DNA of 63,976 bases, the filler included, from Chiloscyllium plagiosum (taxonomy: Eukaryota): the NCBI RefSeq assembly GCF_004010195.1. It is 4 parts of one record of this genome, joined end to end, with 100 filler letters (N's around TTAATTAATTAA, not from the genome) between each part and the next. Parts side by side here need not be neighbours in the genome. Positions count along the whole stretch, not along the records: positions 21,036 to 39,070 come from NC_057710.1; 3 more parts are not named here. The stretch is one strand, 5' to 3'. Each line of letters starts with the position of its first letter. Position 1 is the stretch's first letter. A program made the translations under genes and the position numbers. Shown here one piece after another: positions 23,040-35,784 of this stretch. The notes beneath the pieces were generated by a model. The model made no database searches, had not been told where the DNA came from, and saw nothing but the letters and a program-made list of their open reading frames with translations.

Positions 23040-25180
23040 GGAATTCCATGGATTCACAACCCTCTGGGTGAAGATGTTCTTTCCCAATTCAGTCCGAAAT
23101 CTGCTCCCCCTAATTTTGAGGCTATGCCCTCTTGTCCTAGTTTCACCCACCATTGGAAACATCCTCCCTACTTATATCAGTCTATACCTTTCATTATTGT
23201 GTATATTTCCAAAAGATCCCCCCTCATTCTTCTGAATTCCAATGAATATAATCCCAGTCTACTCAGTCTCTCCTCATAAGCCAACCCCCTCAACTCCGGA
23301 ATCAACCTCGTGAACCTCCTCTGCACCCCCTCTAGTGCCAGTACATCCTTTCTCAAGTAAGGAGGCCAAAACTGCACAGAGTACTCCAGGTGTGGCCTCA
23401 CCAGTACCTTACATAGCTGCAGCATAACCTCCCTGTTTTTAAGCTCAATCTTTTTAACAATGAAGGACAAAATTCCATTTGCCTCCTTAATCACCTGCTG
23501 CACCTGCAGACCAACCTTCAGGGGTTCATGCACAAGGACACCCAACTCCCTCTGCACAGCAGCATGCTGCAACTTTTTCGCATTCAAAAAATAATCCTTT
23601 TTGCTGTTATTCCACCGGAATAGATGACTTCACACTTATTTACATTGTAGTCCACCTGCCAGACCTTTGCCCACTCACTTAAACTATTTATGTTCCTCTG
23701 CAAAGTTTCACAGTCCTCTGCCACTCATCTTAGTGCCATCTGCAAACTTCAACACACTACACATGGTCCCCAACTCCAAATCATCTACGTCAGTTGTCAA
23801 TAATTGCGGTCCCAACACCGATCCCTGAGGCACACCACTAGTTACTGATTGCCAACCAGAACAGCACTCATTTATCCCCAGTCTTTGCTTCCTATTGATT
23901 AACCAATCCTCTTGAAGGGCTTTTGCCCGAAACGTCAATTTTGCCTGTCCTCGGATTTTGCCTGACCTCGGATGCTGCCTGAACTGCTGTGCTCTTCCAG
24001 CACCACTAATCCAGAATACTCTATCCATGCTAATTACCCATAGCACCTTGCATCTTTATCTTATGTGGCAGCCTTTTATGCGGCAGCTTGTCAAATGCCT
24101 TTTGGAAATCTAGATACTCCACATTTACTGGGTCCCCGTTGTCCACCTTGCTTGTCATGTCTTCATAGAATTCCAAAAGATTAGTGAAGCATGACCTGTC
24201 CCTTTAATGAACCCATGCTGTGTCAGGGCAATTTTTATTGAGATACCTTGCATTTCTTCCTTGACAATAGAGATAAACCAACTACGACTAACCCAGGAAG
24301 TTAGATTAAGTTGAAAGATAAAGCAGATAGATTCAATTCCCTACAGTGTGGAAACAGACCCTTCAGTGCAACAACCCTCTGAAGAGTAACACACCCAGAC
24401 CCATTTCCCTCTGACTAATGCACCTAACACTATGGGCAATACAAGGACACCCAACTCCCTCTGCACAGCAGCATGCTGCAACTTTTTCGCATTCAAAAAA
24501 TAATCCTTTTTGCTGTTATTCCACCGGAATAGATGACTTCACACTTATTTACATTGTAGTCCACCTGCCAGACCTTTGCCCACTCACTTAAACTATTTAT
24601 GTTCCTCTGCAAAGTTTCACAGTCCTCTGCCACTCATCTTAGTGCCATCTGCAAACTTCAACACACTACACATGGTCCCCAACTCCAAATCATCTACGTC
24701 AGTTGTCAATAATTGCGGTCCCAACACCGATCCCTGAGGCACACCACTAGTTACTGATTGCCAACCAGAACAGCACTCATTTATCCCCAGTCTTTGCTTC
24801 CTATTGATTAACCAATCCTCTTGAAGGACTTTTGCCCGAAACGTCGATTTTGCCTGTCCTCGGATTTTGCCTGTCCTCGGATGCTGCCTGAACTGCTGTG
24901 CTCTTCCAGCATCACTAATCCAGAATCCTCTATCCATGCTAATTTATTACCCACAGCACCTTGGATCTTTATCTTATGTGGCAGCCTTTTATGCGGCAGC
25001 TTGTCAAATGCCTTTTGGAAATCTAGATACTCCACATCTACTGGGTCCCCGTTGTCCACCTTGCTTGTCATGTCTTCATAGAATTCCAAGAGATTAGTGA
25101 AGCATGACCTGTCCCTTTAATGAACCCATGCTGTGTCAGGGCAATTTTTATCGAGATACCTTGCTATTTCTTCCTTGACA
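23040..25180 (-). mobile_element. CR1 LINE RT region, partly tandem-duplicated
   Basis: YLDFQKAFDK, VTSGVPQGSVLGP, KFADGTK and RPHLEYSVQFW motifs. Confidence 0.9.
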
Positions 25181-25767
25181 ATAGAGATAAACCAACTACG
25201 ACTAACCCAGGAAGTTAGATTAAGTTGAAAGATAAAGCAGATAGATTCAATTCCCTACAGTGTGGAAACAGACCCTTCAGTCCAACAACCCTCTGAAGAG
25301 GAACACACCCAGACCCATTTCCCTCTGACTAATGCACCTAACACTACGGGCAACTTACCATGGCCAATACACCTGCACATCTTTGGACTGTGGGAGGAAA
25401 CCGGAGCACCCGGAGGAAACCCACGCAGACACGGGGAGAATGTGCAAACTCCACACCCACAGTCACCCGAGGGTGGAATTGAACCTGGGACTGTGGTTTT
25501 GTGAGGCAGCAGTGCTAACCACTGAGCCATCGTGCCGCCCCAAGATAAGGGGACCGAAACCAGTGATAGCCCCAAAGACTGGGATAAATTCAGAATCCAG
25601 CAAAGGAAGACAATAGAGATAATAAAGAGAGAAAAAACGAACTACAAGAGCAATATAAAAACTGACAGTAAGAGCCTCTTTTACTACATATAAAGGAAGG
25701 GAGAGGTCAAAATGGACGTGGGCCATTTGGAAAATAAATCTGGGGAGACAGTTTTTGGGGAACAAGA

Positions 25768-26450
25768 AAATAGACAATAGACAATAGGTGCAGGAGTAGG
25801 CCATTCTGCCTTTCGAGCCAGCACCACCATTCATTATGATCATGGCTGATCATCCTCAATCAGTATCCTGTTCCTGCCTTATCCCCAAAACCCTTGATCC
25901 CACTATCCTTAAGAGCCCTATCCAACTCTTTCTTGAAAGTATCCAGAGACTTGGCCTCCACAGCCTTCTGGGGCAGAGCATTCCATACATTCACCACTCT
26001 CTGGGTGAAGAAGTTTCTCCTCAACTCTCTTCTAAGTGGCCTACCCCTTATTTTTAAACTGTGTCCTCTGGTTCGGGACTCACCCATCAGCGGAAACAAT
26101 GTTTCCTGCCTCCAGAGTGTCCAATCCTTTAATAATCTTATACGTCTCAATCAGATCCCCTCTCAGCCTTCTAAACTCAAGGGTATACAAGCCCAGTCGT
26201 TCCAGTCTTTCAGCATAAGATAGTCCCGCCATTCCGGAAATTGACCTAGTGAACCTACGCTGCACTCCCTCAGTAGCCAGAATGTCTTTCCTCAAATTTG
26301 GAGACCAAAACTGCGTACAATATTCCAGGTGAGGTCTCACCAGGGCCCTGTACAGCTGCAGAAGGACCTCTTTGCTCCTATACTCAATTCCTTTTGTTAT
26401 GATGGTCAGCATGCTATTAGCTTTCTTCACTACCTGCTGTACCTGCATGC
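25768..26450 (-). mobile_element. Relatively young CR1 LINE 3' end
   Basis: Long open frame LYRALVRPHLEYCTQFWSP...RRLRGDLIETYKII, then RRNFFTQRVVNVWNALP; (CTATTGT)n tail. Confidence 0.92.
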
Positions 26451-27810
26451 TTGAAATGGCAGAGGAATTAAGCAAATAATTTCCATCAGTTTTTACGGTG
26501 GAAGATAGTTTCAGCATTCCATTAATATTAAACAGTATGGAGGAGGAATTAAGTTCCATCACCATCAATAGACAAACGAATCCCCTGGCCCTGATGGCTT
26601 GCACCTGAGGATCCGAAATAGGGAGCTACTGAGATAGTGGATGCATCAGTTATAATTTTCTAATAATGGTTGGATTCTGGAGAAGTAACAGAGGATAGGA
26701 AACTGCTAATGTAATACTAATATTCACAACGAGAGGGAGGCAAAAAGCAGGTAACTGGAGGCTGATCAGCCGAGCATCTATTGTCAGTAAAGTATTGGAA
26801 ACAATTATTGAGGAATTAACCCCAGAACATTTGGAAAATTATAATCTAATCAAGCAGAGTCAGCTTGGCCTAATGAAAGGGAGATCATGTGAGTAATTTG
26901 CAGGTGGTTTTCGAGGAAGTCCCGACCGCAGTGGATAGAGGGGAGCCAGTCGATGTGTTGTATTTAGGCTTCCAGAAGCTGTTCGACAAGCTACCTCACA
27001 AAAGGTTAATCTATAAGAGCCCATGGTTTTGAAGGTAGTATATTGGCATTGAAGAGAGAACAAAAGAGTAGAATATTATTTAAATGGAGAGAAACTGCAG
27101 AGAGTTGCAACACAATGAGGATGGGAATTGTGCATGAATCAATGAAAGTTAACACAGAGGGCCAGCAGGGAATCAGGAAGATTAACGGAAATCTTCACCC
27201 TGATTTCAAGATGGTTGGAGGAGAACAGCACAGAAGTCTTACTCTAACTGTATAACGTGCTGGTGAGACTGCATCTGCAGTACTGTGAGCAGTGTTGGTT
27301 CCCTTATTTAAGGAAATGATATTTCATTGGATACAGTTCAGAGAAGGTTCATTAGGATTATCCCTGGTATGGAGAGACTGTATTAAGACCAAAGATTAAA
27401 CAGGTTGGGATTCTATTCACTGGAGTTTGGAGGAATGAGAGATGATCGCATTGAAACATATCGGACTCTGAAGGGTCAATGCTGAGAGAATGTTTCCCCA
27501 CATGGAACAGTCTAGGACCAGGGGGGACAGTCTCAGGATAAAGGGGTACCAATTTAAGATAGCGATGAGGAGAAATTTCTTCACTCAGAGGGTTGTGAGT
27601 CTTTGGAACTACTTGCCACAGAGAGAGCTGTGGGAGCAGAGTCCTCGTGTATGTTTAAGGCTGAGAGAGATTCTCGATCAGTTGGGGAATCAAGGGTTGG
27701 AGGGAAAGGACAGGAAAATGGGTGTGAGCAATATTGGATCAGCCATGGCCCTACAGAGTGGCCAAGCAAGCTTGAGAGGCCGAATGGCCTTCTTCAGTTC
27801 TTATGGTCTT
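26450..27810 (+). mobile_element. Old degenerate CR1 LINE
   Basis: Residual SPGPDG and RRNFFTQRVVSLWN motifs. Confidence 0.8.
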
Positions 27811-27909
27811 ATTCTCTGTCCAAGCTAATAAATTACCCAAATCCCATGTGATCTTATCTTGTGTCTGAACTATTTGTACCACACCTTATTAATTTATTAT
27901 TGTAATAAT

Positions 27910-30375
27910 AAAAGGAGGTGTTAGCAATTCTGAAAGTGTAAAAGTAGATAAGTCCCCTGGGCCAGATGGGATTTATCTGAGGATTCTCTGAGAAGCTGGG
28001 GAGGAGATTGAAGAGCCTTTTCCTTTGGTCTTTATGTCATCATTGTCTGCAGGAGTAGTGCCAGACAACTGGAGGATAGCAAATGTTGTCCCCTTATTCA
28101 AGAAGGGGGTGGCATGATGGCTCTGCTGCCTCACAGCACCAGGGTCTCAGGTTCGATTCCAGCCCCAGGCGACTGTCTGTGTGGAGTTTGCACATTCTCC
28201 CCGAGTCTGCGTGAGTTTGCTCCCACGGTCACAAAGATGTGCAGGTTAGGGTGAATTGGCCATGCTAAATTGTCCATAGTGTGAGATGCATTAGTCAGAG
28301 GGAAATGGGTCTAGGTGGGTTACTCTTCGGAGGGTCGGTGTGGACTGGTTGGGCCGAAGGGCCTGTTTCCACACTGTAGGAGATTTAATCTAAAGGGGAG
28401 TAGAGACAACCCTGGAAATTGTAGACCAGTGAGCCCTACTTTGGTTGTGGGTAAAGTATTGGAAAGGGTTATAAGAGATAGGGTTTATAATTATCTAGAA
28501 AGGAATAGTTGATTAGGGATAGTCAACAAGGTTTTGACTATCCCTAATCAAGGTTGTGCCTCACAAACCTTATTGAGTTCTTTGAGAAGGCGACCAAACA
28601 GGTGGATGAGGGTAAAGCGGTTGATGCGGCGTATATGGATTTTAGTAAGATGTTTGATGAGGTTCCCCATGGTAGGCTATTGTAGAAAATATGGAGACAT
28701 CGGATTGCATGGTATTTAGTGGTTTAGATCAGAAATCGGCTAGCTGAAAGAAGCAGAGGGTAGTGGTTGATGGGAAATATTCATCCTGGAGTTCAGGTAA
28801 AGTATTGGAAAGGGTTATAAGAGATAGGGTTTATAATTATCTAGAAAGAAATAAGTTGATTAGGGATAGTCAACAAGGTTTTGTGAAGGGTAGGTTGTGC
28901 CTCAGAAACCTTATTGAGTTCTTTGAGAAGGCGACCAAACAGGTGGATGAGGGTAAAGCGGTTGATGCAGCGTATATGGATTTTAGCAAGATGTTTGATG
29001 AGGTTCCCCATGGTAGGCTATTGTAGAAAATATGGAGACATCGGATTGCATGGTATTTAGTGGTTTAGATCAGAAATCGGCTAGCTGAAAGAAGCAGAGG
29101 GTAGTGGTTGATGGGAAATATTCATCCTGGAGTTCAGTTACTAGTGGGATGCCACATGGATTTATTTGGGGCCCACTGCTGTTTGTCATTTTTATAAATG
29201 GCCTGCATGAGGGTGTAAAAGGATTGGTTAGTAAATTTGCAAATTACAGTAAGGTCAGTGGAGTTATGGATAATGCCAAAGGATGTTGAAGGTCACAGAG
29301 GGACATAGATAAGCTGCAGAGCTGGACTGAGAGGTGGTAAATGGAGTTTAATGTGGAAAAGTGTGAGGTGATTCACTTTGGAAGGAGTAACAGGAATAAA
29401 GAGTACTGGGATAATGTGAAGATTCTTGGTAGTGTAGATGAGCAGAGAGATCAAAGCGAATTACTGTGGATGCTGGAATCTGAAACCAAAAGAGAAAATG
29501 TTGGAAAATCTCAGCAGGTCTGGCAGCATCTGTAAGGAGAGAAAAGAGCTGACATTTCGAGTCTAATTGACCCTTTGTCAAACCCTAGCTTTGACAAAGG
29601 GTCAGTTAGACTAGAAACGTCAGCTCTTTTCTCTCCTTACAGATGCTGCCAGACTTGCTGAGACTTTCCAGCATTTTCTCTTTTGAGCAGAGAGATCTCT
29701 GTGCCCATGTACATAGATCCTTGAAAGTTGCCACCCAGGTTGACAGGGTTGTTAAGAAGGCATACAGTGTGTCAGCTTTTACTGGTAGAGGGATTGAGTT
29801 TCGGAATCATGAAGTCATGCCGCAGCTGTACATAACTCTGGTGGGTCTGCACTTGGAGAATTGTGTACAGTTCTGGTCACTGCATTATGAGAAGGATGTG
29901 GAAGCTTTGGAAAGGGTGCAGAGGAGATTTACTAAGATGTTGCCTGGTATGGAGGGAAGGTCTTACGAGAAAAGGCTGGGGACTTGAGGCTGTTTTCATT
30001 AGAGAGAAAAACATTAAGATGTGATTTAATTGAGACATATAAGGTAATCATAGGGTTAGATAGGGTGGACAGTGAGAGCCTTTTTCCTTGAATGGTGATG
30101 GCTTGCACAAGAGGACCCAGCTGTAAATTGAGAGGTGATAGATATAGGACAGATATCAGGGGTAGTTTCATTATACAGAGAGTAGTGAGAGGGTGGAATG
30201 GCCTGCCTGCACCAATAGTAGACTCACCAACTTTAAGGGCATTTAAATAGTCATTGAATATGCATATGGATGAAAATGGAATCGTGTAGGTTAGATGGGC
30301 TTCAGATTGGTTCCACAGCTCAGCGCAATATCAAGGCCTGTATTGCGCTGTAATGGCCTATGTTCTATGTTCTAA
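27910..30375 (+). mobile_element. CR1 LINE RT to 3' end with nested SINE, internal duplication and palindromic insertion
   Basis: DKSPGPDG, NLIEFFE, YMDFSK and LERVQRRFTKMLPG motifs; TATGTTC tail. Confidence 0.9.
29453..29684. mobile_element. Palindromic Penelope-derived element (family 3) with 13-bp TSD
   Basis: Inverted arms of ~95 bp (29488-29582 / 29590-29684). TSD GAGCAGAGAGATC at 29440-29452 and 29685-29697. Confidence 0.8.
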
Positions 30376-30738
30376 ACCCATTATCTACTTCCATCTAGAA
30401 GGACAAGGGCAGTAGCTACTTGGGAACACCACCACCTGCAAGTTCCCCTCTAAGCCACTCACTTGGAAATATTTTGCCGTTCCTTCGCTATTGCTGGGTC
30501 AGAATCCTGGAATTCTCTCCCTAACGGCGTTGTGGGTCAACCCACACCCAATGGACTACAGCAGTTCAAGAAGGCAGCTCACCCCCACCTTCTCAAGGGG
30601 CAACTAGGGACGGGCAATAACGTTGGACTAGCCAGCGACGCCTATTTCCCAGGCATGAATTAAAGAAAACCAACTCTGGCTGTTTGGGTTAAGGGTTCCA
30701 TGTGTAAACTCACTTGGCTCTTTATCTTCTCGTTACAG

Positions 30739-30920
30739 ACCCATACGCCATTGTCTCATTCCTGCACCAAAGCCAAGCGACTGTGACAATGAAAGGCACC
30801 TTGAACCCCACCTGGGACCAGACGCTCATCTTCCATGAAGTGGAGATTTTCAGCGATTCCAGCATCACCACCAATAACCCTCCTAACATTGTGGTTGAGT
30901 TGTATGACCACGACACCTAT
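30739..30920 (+). CDS. DYSF: Dysferlin internal exon (C2 domain; equivalent to human exon 33 as recalled)
   Basis: ttacag|AC CCA TAC...GAC ACC TAT|gtaagc, 182 nt. Encodes (D)[60 protein letters not shown], highly similar to human dysferlin [38 protein letters not shown]...[14 protein letters not shown]. Confidence 0.93.
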
Positions 30921-33289
30921 GTAAGCCTGGTGATCAGTATTATTTATATCGCTTGTATCACACAGAAAATTGCAGAGTTCATTTGGCCTGTTACGTAGCC
31001 ATAGGGAAGGCCATTCAGCCCCTTTAGATTGTTTCACCAGGACAGGAGAAGAGCTTCTTACACAGGTCCTCTGTCTAGGCCCCTCGTGATCTTGAAAAAG
31101 TCTTTCAAATCAAATCAAATCAAATCTCCCCCTCACTTTATCCTGTTCAATGAAAACACTTCCAACCTCTCCAACCTGGCTTCACAAACAAAGCTCCTTA
31201 TCCCTGAAACCTGTGACGCCTCACGGGCTGAGTGCACTGGAAATGAAACTCCACAATTTCTGACGCTGAAGTAAAACGATAGATGCTGGAAATCTGAAAC
31301 ACAGACAGAGAAAAAATAATTGGCAGCATCTGTGCAGAGAGAAACACAGTGAAAGTTTGGGAGTCCAGTGACCCTTCTTCAGAACAGAATTCAATGTTGC
31401 GTTTGTTTAAAGGTGACTATCTAATCATGACTGATCGTTGGAAAAGCCCATCTGGTTGAGTAACATCCTTTTGGGGTAAGTAATCTGCCACCTTTCCCTG
31501 GTCTGGCCTGTGACTACTGACCCGCAGCAATTTTAATTTATTCATGCGATCAGGGCATTGCTGTATTTATTTCCCATTGCCAGGGGGCATTTAAGAGTCA
31601 CCCACATTGGCTGTGGGCCTGGAGTCAAATGTAGGCCAGACCAGGTATGGATGGTATAAAGGACTTCAGCGAACCAGAAAGGATTTTCCTGACAATCGGT
31701 CATCGTTAGATTTTCAAACCCCAGATTTTAATCAAACTCACATTTCACCAGCTGCCGTAGCAGGATTTGAACCCATATCCCCAGAACATTGCCTGGGTTG
31801 CTGCAGTAATAGCCCAGCGATAATGCCACTAGGCCATCACCTCCCCATTGTGGTTGAGCCCCAGCTCCCCTCTGAAATGGCCAAAATACATGGTTAAGAG
31901 ATTTGTGTCAAGATTGGGAGAGCTGTCTCTCAGATAGTCAAGGAACAGCCTGACATAGTCAGAATCATAGAACTACACCTGACAATGACCCATGCCACTA
32001 TTACCATCCCTGGTCATGTACTGTCTCCCCAGAGGTGCTGGCACTGTGGTATTCACTCAAGAAGATCAACACCATCCAGGACAAAGCAGTCCACTTGATT
32101 GGCACCACATCTACAAGCATCCCCTCCCTCCACCACCGACGCTCAGTAACAGCAGTGTGGACTATCTACAAGATGCGCTGCAGGAATTCACTAAAGATCC
32201 GCAGACAGCACCTTCCAAACCCACGACCACTTCCATCCAGAAGGACAAGGGCAGCTGATACATGGGAGCACCACCCCCTGCAAGTTCCACTCCGAGCCTC
32301 TCACCACCTTGACTTGGAAATATATCATGGAGTCATAATCATAGAATAATACAGCACCGAAACAGACCCTTCAGTCCAACTCAACCACACTGACCAAGTT
32401 TTCCAAACTAAATCCTTCCACTTGCTTGCATTAGGCCCATATCCCTCTAAACCTTTCCTATTATAAAGTCATATCATCCATTCCTTCACTGTTTCTGGAT
32501 CAGACTGTTGGAATTCCCATCCTAACAGCATTGGATCAGCTGTTATAAATATTTTAGAAGTATCTTCGCCAGTGAACGTACGTTCTGGAATCTCAACCTT
32601 TGTATTTTTTAAATATTTCGGGGAATTGGCAGCAATGTGTAACCATTTCTTGAAGCAAAGATCTCCATGTTATTTTTCTACATTTTCCAAATTCCCCGCC
32701 ACAGAGTGTTTACTAAGTGACGGTTGGCCACGGTCTCAGTGTTCCCGTCTGACGGCACCACAGTGTCGGTGAAACACAGGTTACAACCAGGCACCAAGAC
32801 AGCTTCAAACCGGGTGGGAGCACAGTGTGTGTGTCAACAGTGAAGTAATAGATTGCTTCCTTGCTCCGAGAGGAATTTCCCGTTTGCCCATCCAGAGGCT
32901 GACAGTGGAATTAGGGGAATGCATCAGTGGAAAAGTGCGTTTACCATCTTCCTTCACCCTGGTATCGAGCCACAGTTAGATCACAGCGGGAGAACTCTTC
33001 AGGGTTCCACGGAAATGCGTCAGTACCAAATGGGCCAGCATGTCCCTAGTTGCCCCTTGAGAAGGTGGGGTTGAGCTGCCTTCTTGAACCGCTGCAGTCC
33101 ATGTGCTGTGGGTTGACCCACAATGCCCTGAGGGAGGGAATTCCAGGATCTTGACCCAGTGACAGTGAAGGAACGGTGATATATTTTCAAGTCAGGATGG
33201 TGAGTGACTTGGAGGGGAACTTGTCCACAGTCCTTTTCCATGTACCTGTTATCCTTAAACCTCTTGCACAATAACGGGCAATCATCAAA

Positions 33290-34450
33290 ATAATGAGTTC
33301 ATGAACAGACAGTTTGCTTCATGGAGTAATATTCAAGGTGGTGACAATGGCCCAGTTGAAAATGTGGGTGTTGAGTAACTGAGCAGTACAGTGAGGGATA
33401 AAGAAGAGGTGCTAACAAGGCTGGCAGTACTCCAGGTAGAGAAGTCGCCAGGCCCAGATGGGATGCATTCAGATCACTGAGTAAGGGAGTAAATTGCAGA
33501 ATTGTTGACAGAGATTTTCCAGGCCTCTCTGAACGCAGGATTAGTCCTGGGGGACTGGGGGATATGGGAATGTAGCACTGTTGTTTAAGAAAGGGACAAA
33601 TGGTAACCTAGGAAAGTACAGACCTTGACATCAATCATGGGAAAACTGATGGAAGGAGGCCATAATACTGGATACAGCGAGAGAAAAACCAGCACTAGAC
33701 AGCCAACATGGCTTTGTCAAGGACGCGGTGACACAGGCTGAGAGCGGTGCTGTGGTTGTTGTACATTTGGACTTTCAGAAAACAGTTGATGTGATGCCAC
33801 AGGACAGGAGGGTTTATTAAAATGGGGATTAGAACCAGGACTAAGGAATTTTAGAAACAAGGGAATATTAGAGAGACTGTGCATATTCTCCTTGGATCAG
33901 CGAAAATTCAGAGGTGACTTTATTGAGGCGGTCACAATTATGAACAATTTTGACAGGCTAAAGAAAGATATTCTGTTTCCATAGTTGGTAAGTCAGTAAC
34001 TAGGGCTCACAGTTTCAAGACTGTCTGCAAGCGAGCTAGGAGTGAGATGAGGAGAAACTTCATCACTCAGGGAGTTGTTGGGATTTGGAATGCGCTGCCT
34101 GGGAGAGTAGGGGAGGCAGATTCCATCAGAGGGTTCAAAAGAAAGCTGGATACATATTAGTCATGATTCGGAGATGCCGGTGTTGGACTGGGGTGTACAA
34201 AGTTAAAAATCACACAACACCAGGTTATAGTCCAACAGGTTTAATTGGAAGCACCAGCTTTCGGAGCGTCGCTCCTTCATCAGGTGATTGTCCAGGCGTC
34301 GCTCCGAAAGCTGGTGTGCTTCCAATTAAACCTGTTGGACTATAACCTGGTGTTGTGTGATTTTTAACTGGATATATATTAGAATGGGATGAAGTTAGAG
34401 GACTACGGAAATAGGGCTGAAGTGTGGGACCAGCTGGGTAACTCTTTCGG
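33290..34450 (+). mobile_element. Old degenerate CR1 LINE
   Basis: KSPGPDGMH, LDFQK and RRNFITQGVVGIWNALP remnants. Confidence 0.75.
34161..34367. mobile_element. Palindromic Penelope-derived element (family 2) with 15-bp TSD
   Basis: Inverted arms AGTTAAAAATCACACAACACCAGG... / ...CCTGGTGTTGTGTGATTTTTAACT. TSD CTGGATA[C/T]ATATTAG at 34146-34160 and 34368-34382. Minus-strand CTGATGAAGGAGCGACGCTCCGAAAG. Confidence 0.8.
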
Positions 34451-35728
34451 GAGCTGGTGAAAAGGATAGATCAGGGTTCTTTCTGGATGGTATGAACTAA
34501 ATATGGGCAGCACGGTGGCTCAGTGGTTAGCGCTGCTACCTCACAGCACCAGGGACCCAGGTTCGATTCCAGCCTCAGGAGACTGACTGTATGGAGTTTG
34601 TACATTCTCCCCGTGTCTTGCGTGGGTTTCCTCCCACAGTCCAAAGATGTGCAGGTGAATTGGCCATGCTAAATTGCCTATAGTGTTCATGGGTGTGTAG
34701 GCTAGGTGCATCAGTTAGGGTGTATGGAGTTTGTACATTCTCCCCGTGTCTGCGTGGGTTTCCTCCCACAGTCCAAAGATGTGCAGGTGAATTTTGCCAT
34801 GCTAAATTGCCTATAGTGTTCATGGGTGTGTAGGCTAGGTGCATCAGTTAGGGGTAAATATAGCATAGGGGAATCGGTCTGGGTGGGTTACTTTTCAGAG
34901 GGTCAGTGTGGGCTTGTTGGGCTGAAGGGCCTGTTTCCACAGTGTAGGGATTCTATATAAAAAAAAATACAGTGGATCTCCAGCAAGATTTGGGGGTTCA
35001 GGTGCCTGGCTCTTTATAATGTCACAAATAATCTCAAAATGCTGGCTTTTATATCTGGACGACTGGAGTGCAAGGATGGTGAAGTTATGCCGCATTTATA
35101 TAAAACACTGGTTCACCACCACTTGGAGCACTGTGAGCAGTTCTGGGCACCACACCTTGGGAAGGGTAGATTGGCCTTGGAGGGAATATAATGTAGGTTT
35201 ACAAGAAATTACAAGAATGATGCTTGGACTTTAGGGGTTATGTTATGAGGAGAGATTATATACAAATCAGGCCTGTTTTCTCTGGAATTTAGCAGGAAAA
35301 GGGGTGATATAATTGAAGTCCGAAAGAACTCAATAGGAAAGGACAGGGTAGCTAAAGATAAACTATTTCCATCGGTCAGAGATTCTGGAACGAGGGGGCA
35401 GAGTCTGAGGATTAGGGCCAGAGCGTTCAGGAGAGATGTAAGAAAGCACTTCTCCACACAAGGTAGGGGAGGGGATTGGAACTCTCTTCCACAAAGGGCC
35501 TTGGATGTTGGATCGGGTGTTAATTTTAAATCTGAGATTGATCATTTTTTTGTTAAGCAAAGGGATGTGGGTTAAAGGTGGGTACATGGAGATTGGCCAC
35601 AGATAGCCAGGATTGCATTGAATGAGAGGCTGAATGGCCTACTCCTGTTCCTACATTCCAAGAGTACAGCAATGAAATGATGAACAGAATGGGCAGGTGG
35701 ACAAAGATGTTTATTTCCCTTATCTCTT

Positions 35729-35731
<3 letters not shown>

Positions 35732-35763
<32 letters not shown>
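35732..35763. repeat. (CT)n microsatellite in the DYSF polypyrimidine tract
   Basis: About 16 CT units ending ~20 nt before the AG acceptor. Confidence 0.95.
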
Positions 35764-35766
<3 letters not shown>

Positions 35767-35784
35767 CCCTACCCCCTCCCCTAG

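Noticed and set aside
34505..34575. tRNA-like sequence with A/B boxes
   Set aside because: It is the tRNA-derived head of an HE1 SINE and continues into the V-domain.
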